DNA of 64,000 nucleotides from Eledone cirrhosa (Eukaryota), in the NCBI GenBank assembly GCA_964016885.1, contig CAXHJY010001169.1, forward strand, positions 1 through 64,000, written 5' to 3'. Under the pieces are notes generated by a model. The model did not search any database and was not told the origin of the DNA. It saw only the letters and a program-made list of their open reading frames with translations. Numbering within the stretch: position 1 is the stretch's first letter; every line of letters begins with the position of its first letter. Below, one piece after another: positions 48,898-64,000 of this stretch. The position numbers and the translations under genes are program-made.

Positions 48898-50661
48898 CTA
48901 ATGGATACAATTTACACTACTAGAACCTTTAGGTTTATAATAAAAGTAAGAATTAGAAATAGCGTGGGGGCAAGAAGAGAATATCTCAGACTTTCTATTA
49001 AGTAAGGATTCACTAGAGAAAATTATAGAGTGTGTCTCGAGGATACAGAGATTACAAAATTTAGTATGTGTAGAAAGGTTATTAGAGCGTGCTACTAAAC
49101 GCCAATTAAGGCTATATGGTATATTAGCCCCCTTAAGATCCCAGATATAGTGTGCTAAAGAAGTAGAATTCTTAAACTTAACATGTTTGAAATTAGAGAT
49201 ATGAGAATTAAACCTAGTCTTAAAAGTGTTAGATGTAGAGCCTATATAAGTTCTATTAGAGGAATTAGTTATAACTACGCAAGCATAGACGATGTTCTTA
49301 GAGAGGCAGTTACCGTTTAAAGGGCAGTTAGCACTCACTCTACAGTTACACTTCCGGGTGCTATTGATTGGCTGAAGTAGTGATGCATTACACGTAGGAT
49401 TACTATTAGATAAGGTCTGCTCTGGTGGTAAGGCATTTGCAGATCTGTTCAGACTAGTAGTATGTAGAGAGGAGTATCCATCCCTAATTTTCCTATTGTT
49501 AGTGCTAGCTAAATGAGAACTAATATTAGGGGTGGTAGAGAATAAAAGTTTAATAACATTTTTATTAAAAATACTATGGTATTTATGAGAAGGGGGGAAA
49601 TTTTTCTCTAATATAGAAAAGAAAGACCTAGGGATATTAATTAATACTTCCTGATTATATGGCGGGTTAAAATAAGTATTTAGTCTCCTTCCATTTTTAT
49701 CCTTTCCGACTCTACCATTATCTAATATCCCATTATTAAGACTAGGGTTATTACAAGGATTAGTTAAAACCGCATTATTAGAATCAGCCAAAATTCCATT
49801 AAGTCACTTTCTGTTTCTACTTCTAGTAGATCTGCTGCTGTCTGGAATCCTATTAAAAGGATTAGGGCAAATAATAGGATCAGTAGAAACAACATTATTA
49901 GAATTAGATCTAGCAAAATCATCACCAATGAGTGAGCGCTCAGAGGGTTCGACTTGATTCCTAGAGGTATTATACTCCCTATTACGAGTCCGGTGGGTTA
50001 ACTTATGGATGGGTTCAGATACACCTATGTAATTTCTACGATTATTATGCTTCCTACTCCCATTCATGGCCATGTTATGGGATATTATGTTATTATTATT
50101 ATAAGTAAGCGGAGACTTTCTAAGGTTACTATTATTATAATGTATTTTACTAGAGTAACCGGAATTAGCTAGGGCATTATTATAGTACTCCGCATGTTCA
50201 TTAAATGTTCCTACGTCCTTAGAGAGTGTAGAAATCCTATTAGATACACCCTTAATTATAGAGCTTATCATAGATTTGGGGTGGTTAGCATTGGGACTAA
50301 CATAACAAAGTATTTCATTAGGCTTATCGAAGGGTTTAAAACTATTAGTGACCAAGTCCAAAGTCACATCTAAAAAGTTGACCGCTCTATCGTTTCTATC
50401 TATCGTGATCGAAAGGTTATAGCTTTTAAAAAACTTATAAAGCTTCTTCTTATTATGCTCGACATTGTTGGTGCTAGAGTTAATAACAAACAATGCATCA
50501 TCACGATATAGTCCGCCATTAAGGTGCGGAAAGGTAACATATAGTTCATTTAGGAGGAACAACCCAACAAGATCAGTTACCTGGGCCGAATCACTCGAAC
50601 CCATTGTAACGTCGAAATTGTTGGGCGTGTTTTTACGGGTCCAAAATGTGTCCTCAAAATT
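48898..50661 (-). pseudogene. PLE RT C-terminal half + expanded linker + GIY-YIG endonuclease; one in-frame TGA at 49804-49806
   Basis: [92 protein letters not shown]. The two listed ORFs are in the same frame. Confidence 0.92.
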
Positions 50662-50695
50662 AATATATATATATATGTATTTATATATATGTATT

Positions 50696-50734
<39 letters not shown>

Positions 50735-50813
50735 GTATTTATATATATGTATTTATATATATATATATATATTTATATATGTATTTATATATATGTATTT
50801 ATATATATATACA

Positions 50814-50866
<53 letters not shown>

Positions 50867-50869
50867 ACA

Positions 50870-52548
<1,679 letters not shown>

Positions 52549-52985
52549 ATGTAAAGTTATATTTAAAATTGTTGGGTTACAACTAGTAAATATTTATAAC
52601 TGTGACCTCTTCAGTGACTGGGGATTTCTTTCTTCGTTTCTGTGCCTTTCCTTTCTTCTATCCTACGCCAAAATGGCGTAGGATAGAAGAAAGGAAAGGC
52701 ACAGAAACGAAGAAAGAAATCCCCAGTCACTGAAGAGGTCACAGAGTGTGTGACGAAAGAACTATGACTATATATATATAAACAACTATCTGGTTGTGGA
52801 ACCAACCAACCAACCAGAAATTTATAAATTTGTAAATTTATAAATATATAATCAATTAAATTGAAGTGAAAGCAACTGGTGCGTGTGTTTCTTATTGGCA
52901 ACATGACCCTCCCAAAGTATAACAATATCGGTTTCAACACACGATTTCAGATAAAGAATCTTGCTAAACAAATTCAGAAACGAAA
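52549..52985 (+). mobile_element. Chimera: family B end (52549-52602, -) + 70 bp-arm foldback + family A terminal repeat with HHR (52725-52769)
   Basis: 52553-52600 matches 21743-21790; 52601-52670 pairs with 52674-52743 around an AAA loop. Confidence 0.85.
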
Positions 52986-53003
52986 TATATATATATATAT
53001 ATG

Positions 53004-53103
<100 letters not shown>

Positions 53104-53342
53104 GTGTATTTATATATATATATATATATATATGTATTTATATTGGTAAACGGAATAGAAAATGCTGACAAATTGTTCACAGTTGAAAAATGGTTTAATT
53201 AGGAATAAAAGAGTATTAGTGATTGTATGGGTTAGTATTCAGTTGTGGTTTTAAGTTTTTAAGTTTTTACTGGTTGCGCATTTCTAAATGCTTTTCAAAA
53301 ATAATTTTGAGATAGAGTGTCCGTGCTATATATATATATATG

Positions 53343-53409
<67 letters not shown>

Positions 53410-53436
53410 TTATATATATATATATATATATATATG

Positions 53437-53471
<35 letters not shown>

Positions 53472-53496
53472 TTATATATATATATATATATATATG

Positions 53497-53611
<115 letters not shown>

Positions 53612-53680
53612 GTATTTATATATATATATGTATTTATATATATATGTATTTATATATATATATGTATTTATATATATATG

Positions 53681-53713
<33 letters not shown>

Positions 53714-53719
<6 letters not shown>

Positions 53720-54112
53720 ATATTTGGGGAGGGTCATATTTGCGTAATATTGCCAGAATTAATAACAGAACACACTCACTGTTTGGTTGGTTTTCGCTTC
53801 TCGCTGTCTTTTATATCTGCGATCTAACTTACTCGGTCCTCAATGTTGCCATTGACTGACCGGTGGTCATATATATATGTGTTTGTGTCTATATTGTATC
53901 TATATTATTTTTGACCGCCGGTCAGTCAATGGCAACATTGAGGACCGAGTAAGTTAGATCGCAGATATAAAAGACAGCGAGAAGCGAAAACCAACCAAAC
54001 AGTGAGTGTGTTCGGTTATCAATTCTGGCAATATTACGCAAATATGACCCTCCCCAAATATAAAAATATCTGTTTCGACACACGATTTCATATAAAAAAC
54101 CTCGCTAAACTA
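53714..54112. mobile_element. Head-to-head inverted pair of family E (relative of family A terminus)
   Basis: 53714-53869 is the reverse complement of 53912-54066. ATGACCCTCCCCAAATATAA..ACACACGATTTCA..GCTAAAC resembles the family A 3' end. Confidence 0.75.
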
Positions 54113-54199
54113 ATATATATATATATATATATATATATTGTATTTTGTCTGATGAAGGCATACCATAATGTAACTTGGTATCCTTGAAATATATATAAT

Positions 54200-54384
54200 T
54201 GTTTCTACTTTTGGCACAAGGCCATCAATTACCCAGTACATTACTGGTACTTTATTTTATCGACCCCGTAAGGATGAAAGGCAAAGTTAACCTCGGCAGG
54301 ATTTGAACTCAGACCGTACAGGGACGTAACTATGCTGGAAAGATGGCGTCTGACCCTCTACCGATACTGCCAATCCTCTGCCCT
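54200..54384 (-). mobile_element. tRNA-derived SINE with 16 bp target-site duplication, inserted in a family B HHR
   Basis: A box TGGCAGTATCGG, B box GAGTTCAAATCC, core TTTCATCCTTACGGGGTCGATAAAA. TTGAAATATATATAAT at 54184-54199 and 54385-54400. Confidence 0.9.
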
Positions 54385-54447
54385 TTGAAATATATATAAT
54401 GAAATAAATATGGTTTTATAAATATAGTTTACATTTATTAATATCGT

Positions 54448-54653
<206 letters not shown>

Positions 54654-54722
54654 TTATATATATATATATATATATATGTATTTATATATATATATGTATT
54701 TATATATATATATATATGTATT

Positions 54723-54783
<61 letters not shown>

Positions 54784-54825
54784 TTATATATATATACATA
54801 TTTATATATATATATATATATATAT

Positions 54826-55781
54826 AAATTGAAACAAAATGAAAACGAAATTTCATTTCTCACTCTTAGTATGGCACTTACTTAAATGTAAGTATGCATG
54901 TATACGTACATACATATATGTATACAGACGTACAGTAGCATGCACATATATATATATATATACATATATACATACATATGCATACAGGTACACATATATA
55001 TATGCACGTATCAGTTTAGCGGCGCTTATTATAACGTCGCTTTGTTCGTTTGTAAACAAACTGAACAGCCTGAATTTATGCCATACGGTGTTAAGGCAAC
55101 CACGTCACCTTTTTGTTCAACACTGACACAGGAACGATGTGCTAGTTTCAAGCTTGTTTACAAACGAACAAAGCGACGTTATAATAAGCGCCGCTAAACT
55201 GATACGTGCATATATGTATGTGTACCTGTATGCATATGTATGTATATATATATATATATGTGCATGCTACGGTACGTCTGTATACATATATGTATGTACG
55301 TATACATGCATACTTACATTTAAGTAAGTGCCATACTAAGAGTGAGAAGTGAAATTTCGTTTTCATTTTGTTTCAATTTATCGTTTTCGGTATGCCTGAC
55401 CGATTTAACTCACTCAATATGCAAATTAGGCTGCTCAGCCGTTAATTTTCATAAGGAAAGTATATACTTTCGAACGTTCAACTATCTGGCAGATGGGTAA
55501 ACGGTGCTGATGATAGCTAACAAGCTTGAAACTAGTACATCGTTCCTGTGTCAGTGTTGAACAAAAAGGTGACGTGGTTACCTTAACACCGTATGGCATA
55601 AATTAGGCTGTTCAGTTTGTTTACAAACGAACAAAGCGACGTTATAATAAGCGCCGCTAAACTGATACGTGCATATATGTATGTGTACCTGTATGCATAT
55701 GTATGTATATATGTATATATATATATATATGTGCATGCTACTGTACGTCTGTATACATATGTATGTACGTATACATGCATA

Positions 55782-55785
<4 letters not shown>
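54826..55785. mobile_element. Family C variant: inverted left arm (54826-55158) + partial tandem right arm (~463 bp period) with HHR at 55501-55543 (+)
   Basis: ACGGTG-CTGATGA-T-AGCT(AACA)AGCT-T-GAAA-CTAG-TA-CATCGT; 55154-55315 is repeated at 55617-55784. Confidence 0.85.
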
Positions 55786-56462
<677 letters not shown>

Positions 56463-56984
56463 GAGAGAGAGATGGAGGAGGGAAGAGAGGGACTAATAGA
56501 TAACTAGTCTCATATATAAATAAATAGTAAACAGATATAGAGAGCCAGAGTAAATGATGTATTGCTTGAATATAATATGCTTGTTTTATTTAATTTATTT
56601 TTTGAAATTCCTGAGAGGTCATCGACTCAACAAAATATCTTTCATGACTGTTCTGTTTAGTTAGAAGGCAGGATATCTGGAAAAGCAAACAAAAACAAAC
56701 AATAAATAAACAAATAAGAAAACAAATAAAACCACTAATATCGTTAATTATAGGAACATTTAATAATTTTTATTTTTGTATATAATTTTTAATCTATACA
56801 TTCTATATTTCTTTTATCTCTGGATATGCCATTTACTTCTGTTTTGGATATCTATTTCGGTATATATCTTTAATCTATATAAGCTGGGCTTTATGAAAGA
56901 ATGATAAGTGCGGCTATATTGAACAGCTACGAATTAATAAAATGATTCAGGAAAGAAAGAAAAAAAAAAGCAGGGAATATCTCA

Positions 56985-58225
56985 GGGGTTTGATTGTAGT
57001 GTAGCTGGACTACCAGAAGCTTTTGATAGTATACCGCATGAGTGGATTATCAAGGCTTTACATTTAGCGAAAGTCCCCCAACCACTAGTAGCTGTTACCG
57101 AACGCCGACCGAGACTTGGTACACAACTTTGCTTCTTATGGGCGATAAGGAGAAAATTGAGTCTAATAACATTCACTACCAAAAAGGCATCTCCTAGAGT
57201 GATAGATTGTCAGTACTGCTCTTCGTCTTCTCGTTAAACCCGCTATCATATCTGCTAACAAAGCACAGTGGTCATAGAAATGGACCCAGAAGTATCTTCC
57301 ATATTTTCTTTGTTAATGACCTGAAATTGTATGGGCCAAATATCAGCCACATAAAAACAAAAACAATTGGACTTAATTATCCAATTTTCTATAGACATTA
57401 GAACGAAATTTGGTGAGTCCAAATGTACATTTACAATAAAATCCTCTGACAAACCTGAACGGCTTGATGATACAACCTCTACAGTCAAGTGGCAATTATA
57501 GGCATCTTGGGCAGGATGAGAATGTCAGATATGAAGGACGCAAAAATAAAGAGAGGACCAGGAATGACTACTTCTAGAGAGGAAAGAGAATATGGTCATC
57601 AGAACTCTCAGCGTACATTTTCCATAATACTTTTGCTGTGCCCATCTTAACTCCAACATTTGGTCATTGCAAGAACTGAGCGAAATTGATGTAAGGACTC
57701 GTAAGCTGCTCAGTGTTACTGGAATCTTTAATGTCAATGGTGATGTGAATAGGCAAAATTTCTCACGTAAGGAAGGTGGCCGGGTCCTAAAATCCATATT
57801 AACATCATATTGAGGAAATAAACCATACTAAAAGCCTGATATAGAGTTCCGACAAGTTCATAACATCCCACCTTGAATGATACCTCGATGCAATCTAGGA
57901 ACAAGGAATCCTCACCAAGTTTCTACTGCACAAAAGAGGAAGGTCATCAGTTAACTATAAATACAGGCTGTTCAAAACAAAAATTGAATATGTTAGCCAA
58001 CTGTGAAAGAATGTCTTCTAATTACTACATCTCTACAAGGCATTGATGGGATAGCTAGAACGATTTAGAATGCATTGCGGAAGACGAAAATAATATCAAA
58101 TAGGGAGAAACATGTTGAGACTGATGGCTCAAAGGACCTAAGAGTAAAAATCGCCACCAAATTAAAACTCGGTCGGCCTGATATTGTTATTCGGGATCAC
58201 ACATTAAAGATATGTTTAGTGAATT
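56985..58225 (+). pseudogene. Heavily decayed R4/Dong-like (RLE) non-LTR retrotransposon
   Basis: YQKGI..SD.LSVLLFVFSLNPLSYLL, HIFFVNDLKLY (YxDD remnant), EIDVRTRKLL, RKEGGRVLKSI, RPDIVIRD near 58175. Confidence 0.65.
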
Positions 58226-59454
58226 AGTCACAGGGTTATTTACTTTGGTAAACGCCACTGCAGGCCAACCACTAATTTAATTCGATACAGATATAATAAG
58301 GTTAACAAACTCGCTCGTGAGTGAACTGTCCGAGATCCGTCGCCAAATAAACTAAGATGTCTCTTTTCTCCCTCATTTATAATCCCTAGACCGGATGTTC
58401 AAGGAAACCTCTAGAATTCAACGGGAAGTAACTCCAATTAGTTTTTTCTCCCCGGGCAAGGTGGTGCTAGTCGCTACATATGCTTTGTTGAAGAAGTCAG
58501 CTGTCCACTTGATGTCAATGTAGTAAGGAAAATGAAAGAGACGGACCATTGATGAGGAGTTTGCAGATCCAATATCGAAGATACACGTTCAGCTTCAATC
58601 TGTTATTATTGGAGCTGCAGCTACTAACCCGTCTGGACCAACGTATAACTGAACTTGAATTTGTGGAGAAAGAACATTGCTCCTTAATTCATAAGCTACA
58701 AATGACCACGATATCTAGAATCTTCAAAATCTGTAAAACAGTCTCACAATTCAAAGGATTAACGCTTTCCTTTTCTTAGCAACCTTGCCACCGGGACTTT
58801 GGCCGGTCAAATATAAACTCCAAATTAAGAGAACACACACACACACACACACACATATGTGTGTATAACTCTCATATTTGTTTTGTATACCGCGTGTATT
58901 TTTACGTGTCACTTATTTCTTTTTTTGTATATTTATTTTATATCCCTTCACAGTAAAAAAAAAAGCCACTTGGTTGTTTATTTTTAACCTGAGCTCAGTA
59001 AATTTGATTATATAAACACCGTATCGTATATTTGTATAATATGTTATCTCCATCTCATGTCAGACAATCTTCCCATTTAGTTGTTACTATTTTCTGTTTA
59101 CTGAAATATACCTTGCTGCCTTATCATTTGGCTAGTCGTTAGAATTAATATATATATTAAAATAAAAAGGTACTGTTAATAGGAAGGTAAGCTATTAAGG
59201 GCTGTTGAGCAAGCGATTTTTAACGGCTTACTCGGGGAAGAAAGAGCAGCCTTTTTTTATCATTTTCAGGGCCACCAAAACTGTTGGGAAGAAAGAAGTA
59301 AACCTCGTCTTAATGCTTACAACAGAATAGACCCCGGTAAAGGTACCCACGAACCAGATGGTGGTGTTAAACAACGCAACGAATTAACTCAACCACTCCA
59401 GTACAGGAACAGTTCACCTAACGGACACATGTACACATTTTTGCCAATTTGATT

Positions 59455-59752
59455 CTATGGTAGAAGACACTTGCTGAAGGCAGACATGCTAACCTCTAAA
59501 AACCCAAACGGAGTGTACCATGAAAAAAGTGCCCTATAACGGGGAGAAATGAGGCAAAATGAGGAAATTTTACATATTGAAAGCTATACCCATTTTCACA
59601 AGAGAAGACATCTCTCATTCACCTCAAAGTGGGTGGGAGATCTCCTCGTCGGACGAAGATAGTTGACAAGTCTGTGAAGGTGCCTCACAGTGGCGTCGAA
59701 TTCGAAATAATATAGTTATAAGTAACCTTCCAAACTACATAGGCATGTCTGC
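59455..59752 (-). mobile_element. Degenerate tRNA-derived SINE remnant, apparently interrupted
   Basis: GTAGAAGACACTTGC..AAGG and AAGGTGCCTCACAGTGG..GAA resemble the antisense of a cephalopod SINE head, recognised from memory only. Confidence 0.35.
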
Positions 59753-60469
59753 ATTGATATTAGATATTATACGTTTACTATTTACCTCCATGTAAGAACT
59801 AGAGAACATTTGAAGGGAAAGTTTCACTTAAAGTCGCATAACCTATAATATTCACCTTGAAAAGACATGCCTCATATGCCAAATTCTAGTTACGCAGGTG
59901 CAAAACTGCGGCCTAAAATTTGGAACTCACAATAACTTGTGCATTGTAGTATCGTTTATATGAAGTATTGTAAATTATGTGGCCATGATTGTTTTGGAAA
60001 AGCTGGTATAATGCAAATTAGAAATACAAGAGTGAAAACTAGAGTAGAGTGAAGTAATAAAAACAAAACAAAACAGCGGTTTACACTTTTACCTTATATT
60101 TCATAATATTTCGTGGTTAAGACATCTGTTTCAAAAGAAAGGAAATGATGTGGGATAGGGAATACAGATAAAAGCAACACACTATATGCCTGGTCTGTCG
60201 TTGGTGCTTTATTATTGGTGTTGTAAAAGGTTATAAACATTTAGACATCATGTAGTGCGCTAAATAAATATATACATATACACCAGGTCCGAACACAAAG
60301 GAATCAAACTCCCACTGCACTGCCTCCGTCTCTCCCACTCTCCCCAACTATTATGAGCAAATGGGGGCCCGCGAGCTTGCCACCCCGTGGCCCCGACGGA
60401 CAGTGGGCTATTTTGGACATTAATAGGAGTTGCTTAGCAGTAGTTCCTAATTCTTTAATTTTTTTTTAG

Positions 60470-61060
60470 TCCCACTGAAGCTGGTGGAGAAGTTTAAGTA
60501 TCCCGGGGTCGTATTCACGAACAATGGAAAGCAAGAGGCTAAATTGAGTGCAAGAATTGCAGGAGCTGGTGCAGTAATGCGCCAGCTTCAGCATTCCGTA
60601 ATCAAAAAAAGGGAGGTAGGTGTAAAAGCCAAACTCGCTATCTTCAATTCAGTATTCGTGCCAACTCTTACCTATGGATAATAAACGAAAGAATACGATC
60701 GCGAATACAAGCGACAGAAATGGATGTTCCCCCGAAGGGTCTTTGGAGTAACGTTACTCGATAGAGTGTGTAGCTCGGATATCAGAGACTCGCTCCCGGT
60801 AGAGCTGCTACTTCTCCAAATTGAGAAATCACAGCTCTGCTATTACGGACACGTATTTAGAATGTCTCATGAAAGAATCACTGGACAGATTTTACGGGCA
60901 AAACCAACCGGAAAGAGACCCAGGGGTAGACCCTGAGCAAGATGGTTGGATAACATCCATGAGCTTGGCTGGCCTCACTTGGGGATTCAGCTGGATCAAT
61001 TGGAGACAGTTGCTTCTGACAGGACCCGCTGGAAGGTGACCCCTCGACTCTCTTTGAAAT
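60470..61060 (+). pseudogene. RTE-clade LINE ORF2 C-terminal fragment
   Basis: VEKFKYPGV, ARIAGAG, KLAIFNSVFVPTLTYG, IQATEM, GVTLLDRVCSSDIR, SQLCYYGHVFRM, GKRPRGRP*ARWLD. Confidence 0.85.
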
Positions 61061-61231
61061 AAGCGAGTAAGGAGGAAGCAGAAGAAGAAGAAGAACTGTT
61101 GGATGTTTATTAAGAATTCATGAAATACAACCAAAGGAACGATCGACTTTCATCAAATCGGACCGAGGAAACAACGTTTCCCTTGGTCTTCCCAATTGCT
61201 AATACTATCTATCGGTCGCAACTACAGGTAG

Positions 61232-61334
61232 AAGGAGCAACGTGAAATAAAATCTCTTGCTCAAGCACATAACGCATCGCCCGGTCTGGGAATCGAACTC
61301 CAGACCGGGCGATGCGTTATGTCCTTGAGCAAGA
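61232..61334 (-). mobile_element. SINE fragment with foldback hairpin (61255-61334)
   Basis: TCTTGCTCAAGCACATAACGCATCGCCCGGTCTGG / CCAGACCGGGCGATGCGTTATGTCCTTGAGCAAGA; the loop holds an antisense B box (GGAATCGAACTC). Confidence 0.7.
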
Positions 61335-61683
61335 CAACCAAAAGTAAAAATAAAAGACGATAAAAAAGAAAAACAAAACGAAAAGGGAAAAATCTACCCA
61401 CTCGGATATCTCAGTAACGCCTCACGGATAAGATAGTAAGAGCGTTACTTCGAAAAACAGCCAGCGATATCCTCTGTATTAGCCATCCTTAAGACCCTTC
61501 CTTAAGAACGACGCCCTCATCTTGATTTGATAGAGGAAATTTGGCCATCATTCTCACGAGACATGAAAGGTGTAGATGTTCTCTGACTACCCTTAAAGAA
61601 TTTTGGCATGGGAATTCAGCAGACAGTGGTACTGGAGATCTGTCTAGTTACTTGTAGGCCGGTCCATGTGTATACGTATGTTA

Positions 61684-62305
61684 ACACAAACACACACACA
61701 TGAAAACATATACATACATACGCATACACACAAACACAAACACAAACACATACATACACACACACACACACATACACAAACACATGAACACACACATATA
61801 TATAAATACACACACACACACAAAGACATACACATACAAACATACGCATACACACAAACACAAACACATACATACACACACACACACACACACAAAGACA
61901 TACACATACATACACACACACACACATGAACAAACATATATACACACACATACATACGCATACACACACACACACACACACATACACATACACATACATA
62001 CGCATACTCACACATACATGCACACATACAAACAACACACTCATACACACACAACACCCACGCATACATACATACGCACATACACGTACATACACCCACA
62101 CGCACACAGACACACACGTACACAGCAACACGCACATACACACACACACAGATACAAACGCCTAGATACTTGCGTATGCGTTTCCGCGAGTGTGTATTCG
62201 CGCTCACTCGATTCATTAACACACAAACAACACATACAGACAGAAACAGAAACACTCTAATGTACACATTTCTGTACACACATACACACATACAGACACA
62301 CACAG
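61684..62305. repeat. Degenerate (CA)n/(CATA)n low-complexity tract
   Basis: Seen directly in the sequence. Confidence 0.95.
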
Positions 62306-62639
62306 AGAGAATAAATTACATGGTTTTTAGTTTGATGTGTAAAGTTTGATTAACCTTAAATAGGAAATGGTTGATTTGTATTTAGAATGGTAAATTACAG
62401 TAAATTATTCTTAATTGACTATCACGGCTCCGCAAGAATTTGTAAAGGATAGAAGCTAATTGCTGAATCTTTTGAAGGCCATAAAAGTAGAAGAAAGAAG
62501 AGAAGATAAGAAACAATTTGAGTTTGCTCACGAAGACTCAAACATAACCACGTTGTTAAGAAGATCGTTTCGTAGCCATTTAGTCCTTGGTTCGATATCT
62601 CGACGTGATAATTTTGGCAAGTAACTACCAAATAAAGTT

Positions 62640-63050
62640 GTATAAAGAAAAGTCGAGTGCTTGAAGTGGATGGAATCGATGAGAGAAGGAGACTAAGTCG
62701 TGAAGAATGACCTGAAGAAACTGAACTTCAAGAAGAAAATGGCATAGGATCCTACTGACTGGTAACTAACCGTGATTAAAAAAAAAAAAAAAGACCCGTC
62801 CACCGGTACAAGCACTACAGCGGTAAAAGTAAAGTGTGAACACTACATGGAATGGAGAGGTCCCTCTTACCCGTGCAGTGAACTAAACAACCTCCTTGGT
62901 GTTGGTGTCACGATAAAATGCACTCAGCATACAAAGTGGTTGGCGTTAGGAAGGACATCCTGTCGCAGAAACCATGGAAAAATATGGAACATGTGACCAA
63001 GACATGTTTCTTGGACTCGTCCAGCCCGTCGTGGTGTAACATAATATAGA
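62640..63050 (+). mobile_element. Decayed LINE tail plus SINE-like 3' segment
   Basis: RVLEVDG..VVKNDLKKLN..D..W tail; GTTGGCGTTAGGAAGGACATCC motif common in mollusc SINEs, recognised from memory. Confidence 0.4.
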
Positions 63051-63056
63051 TACTGC

Positions 63057-63088
63057 TGTTGTTGTTGATGATGATGATGATGATGATG

Positions 63089-63187
<99 letters not shown>

Positions 63188-63260
63188 TAAATATGAATAT
63201 ATATATATATATGTATATGTATATGTATATATATATATATATACCACATACACACACATA
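63057..63260. repeat. Compound microsatellite (GTT)n(GAT)n(CA)n(TA)n
   Basis: Seen directly in the sequence. Confidence 0.95.
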
Positions 63261-63889
63261 GGAAAGTGTGTATATAACCGATATAATCCATTCCTGATTC
63301 GTAATTCTCGGTCCATTTCGTCTTTAAAAACTATTCAAGCCAAATTAAAGAATTTTTACATTGAATAAATATTTTTTATAGAACATGAACTGGCAGAGAG
63401 ATGTTCCTTGCGGGTATTCTTCAGTAGCGCATTCTTCAGAATCATTTGATAACGATATGAATTACAAGGGTGGAGGGTAACTGAAAACTATAAGAAGAAG
63501 AAAGAAAAAAAGTAGAAGAATGAAATTTAACAAAAATGACACCAAAATTAATTCTTCATACCAATTTGGTTTTAAATTCTTTTTATGAGTTCTGGGTACA
63601 ACTTTTTTAATAATCAGACGTCGCTTGTTATCGAATAAACTTAGTATGTAATCTCAATGCTGAATAATTCACTGTTCTTAAGTCTAGTTCTTGTTTTCAA
63701 GGCAGCAGAAGTTAATAATACATCACTTTCCCATGTCTTATTCCATTACATTAATTTATTAAATACACTCTCAGCCTCCACCCTGTTTACTTAGCCGTTG
63801 TCAATAGCAACATCATCACTAGCTTCATTGCTTTATAACTAATATCAACACTACTTCAACCAATACCAGCTCCACCAATTCTTTCACCA

Positions 63890-64000
63890 TACGGTAGAGC
63901 GTCGACCAACATGTTTTGTGGCATATAATTACGGCCCTTTACGTTCTGAGTTCAAATCCCGCCGAGGTTAGCTTTGCTTTTCATCCTTACGAGGTCGATA
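63890..64000 (+). mobile_element. tRNA-derived SINE (same family as 54200-54384), cut by window end
   Basis: CTGAGTTCAAATCCCGCCGAGGTTAGCTTTGCTTTTCATCCTTACGAGGTCGATA matches the reverse complement of 54258-54312. Confidence 0.85.

Larger units (their letters stand above)
47033..50661 (-). mobile_element. Naiad-like PLE, 5' truncated, with ~1.85 kb AT-rich 3' UTR and HHR, flanked by (TA)n
   Basis: Coding remnant at 48898-50661, HHR at 47181-47225 followed by AATAAA. Confidence 0.9.

Noticed and set aside
49804-49806. In-frame TGA as selenocysteine (some Naiad PLEs encode selenoproteins)
   Set aside because: It lies in a non-conserved linker and aligns with Arg in the internal duplicate (likely CGA>TGA). 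The conserved CNC/CPL cysteines are ordinary Cys codons.
53960-54045. Hairpin-ribozyme-like words (AGAA, AAACA, ATATTAC)
   Set aside because: No matching NGUC substrate strand with helices 1 and 2; likely coincidence.
58230-60460. Possible host exon or regulatory sequence
   Set aside because: Only one short ORF with no recognisable motif and no splice or expression evidence readable from the sequence.

Overview
Eukaryotic, gene-free, repeat-saturated window; the SINE types and (TA)n/(CA)n richness suggest a mollusc, probably an octopus (inference). I see no intact host gene, and nearly all listed ORFs are translations of (TA)n/(CA)n microsatellite. The first ~56 kb is a nest of Penelope-like retroelement (PLE) remnants (Naiad-, Neptune- and Nematis-like RT/GIY-YIG) and short non-coding satellite elements. 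All sit in long degenerate (TA)n tracts, often as head-to-head inverted pairs. About ten distinct families carry minimal type I hammerhead ribozymes (HHR), three of them with a U3-A8 core variant. The centrepiece is an 18.25 kb array (28680-46930) of an almost invariant 310 bp unit, each unit holding a hammerhead in a highly structured RNA. About 27.6 units run one way, then the array inverts and about 31.2 units run the other way. It resembles a retrozyme-like circular RNA copied by rolling-circle reverse transcription into a (TA)n target (inference; an assembly artefact must be excluded). The last ~8 kb holds decayed R4/Dong-like and RTE LINE fragments and tRNA-derived SINEs.
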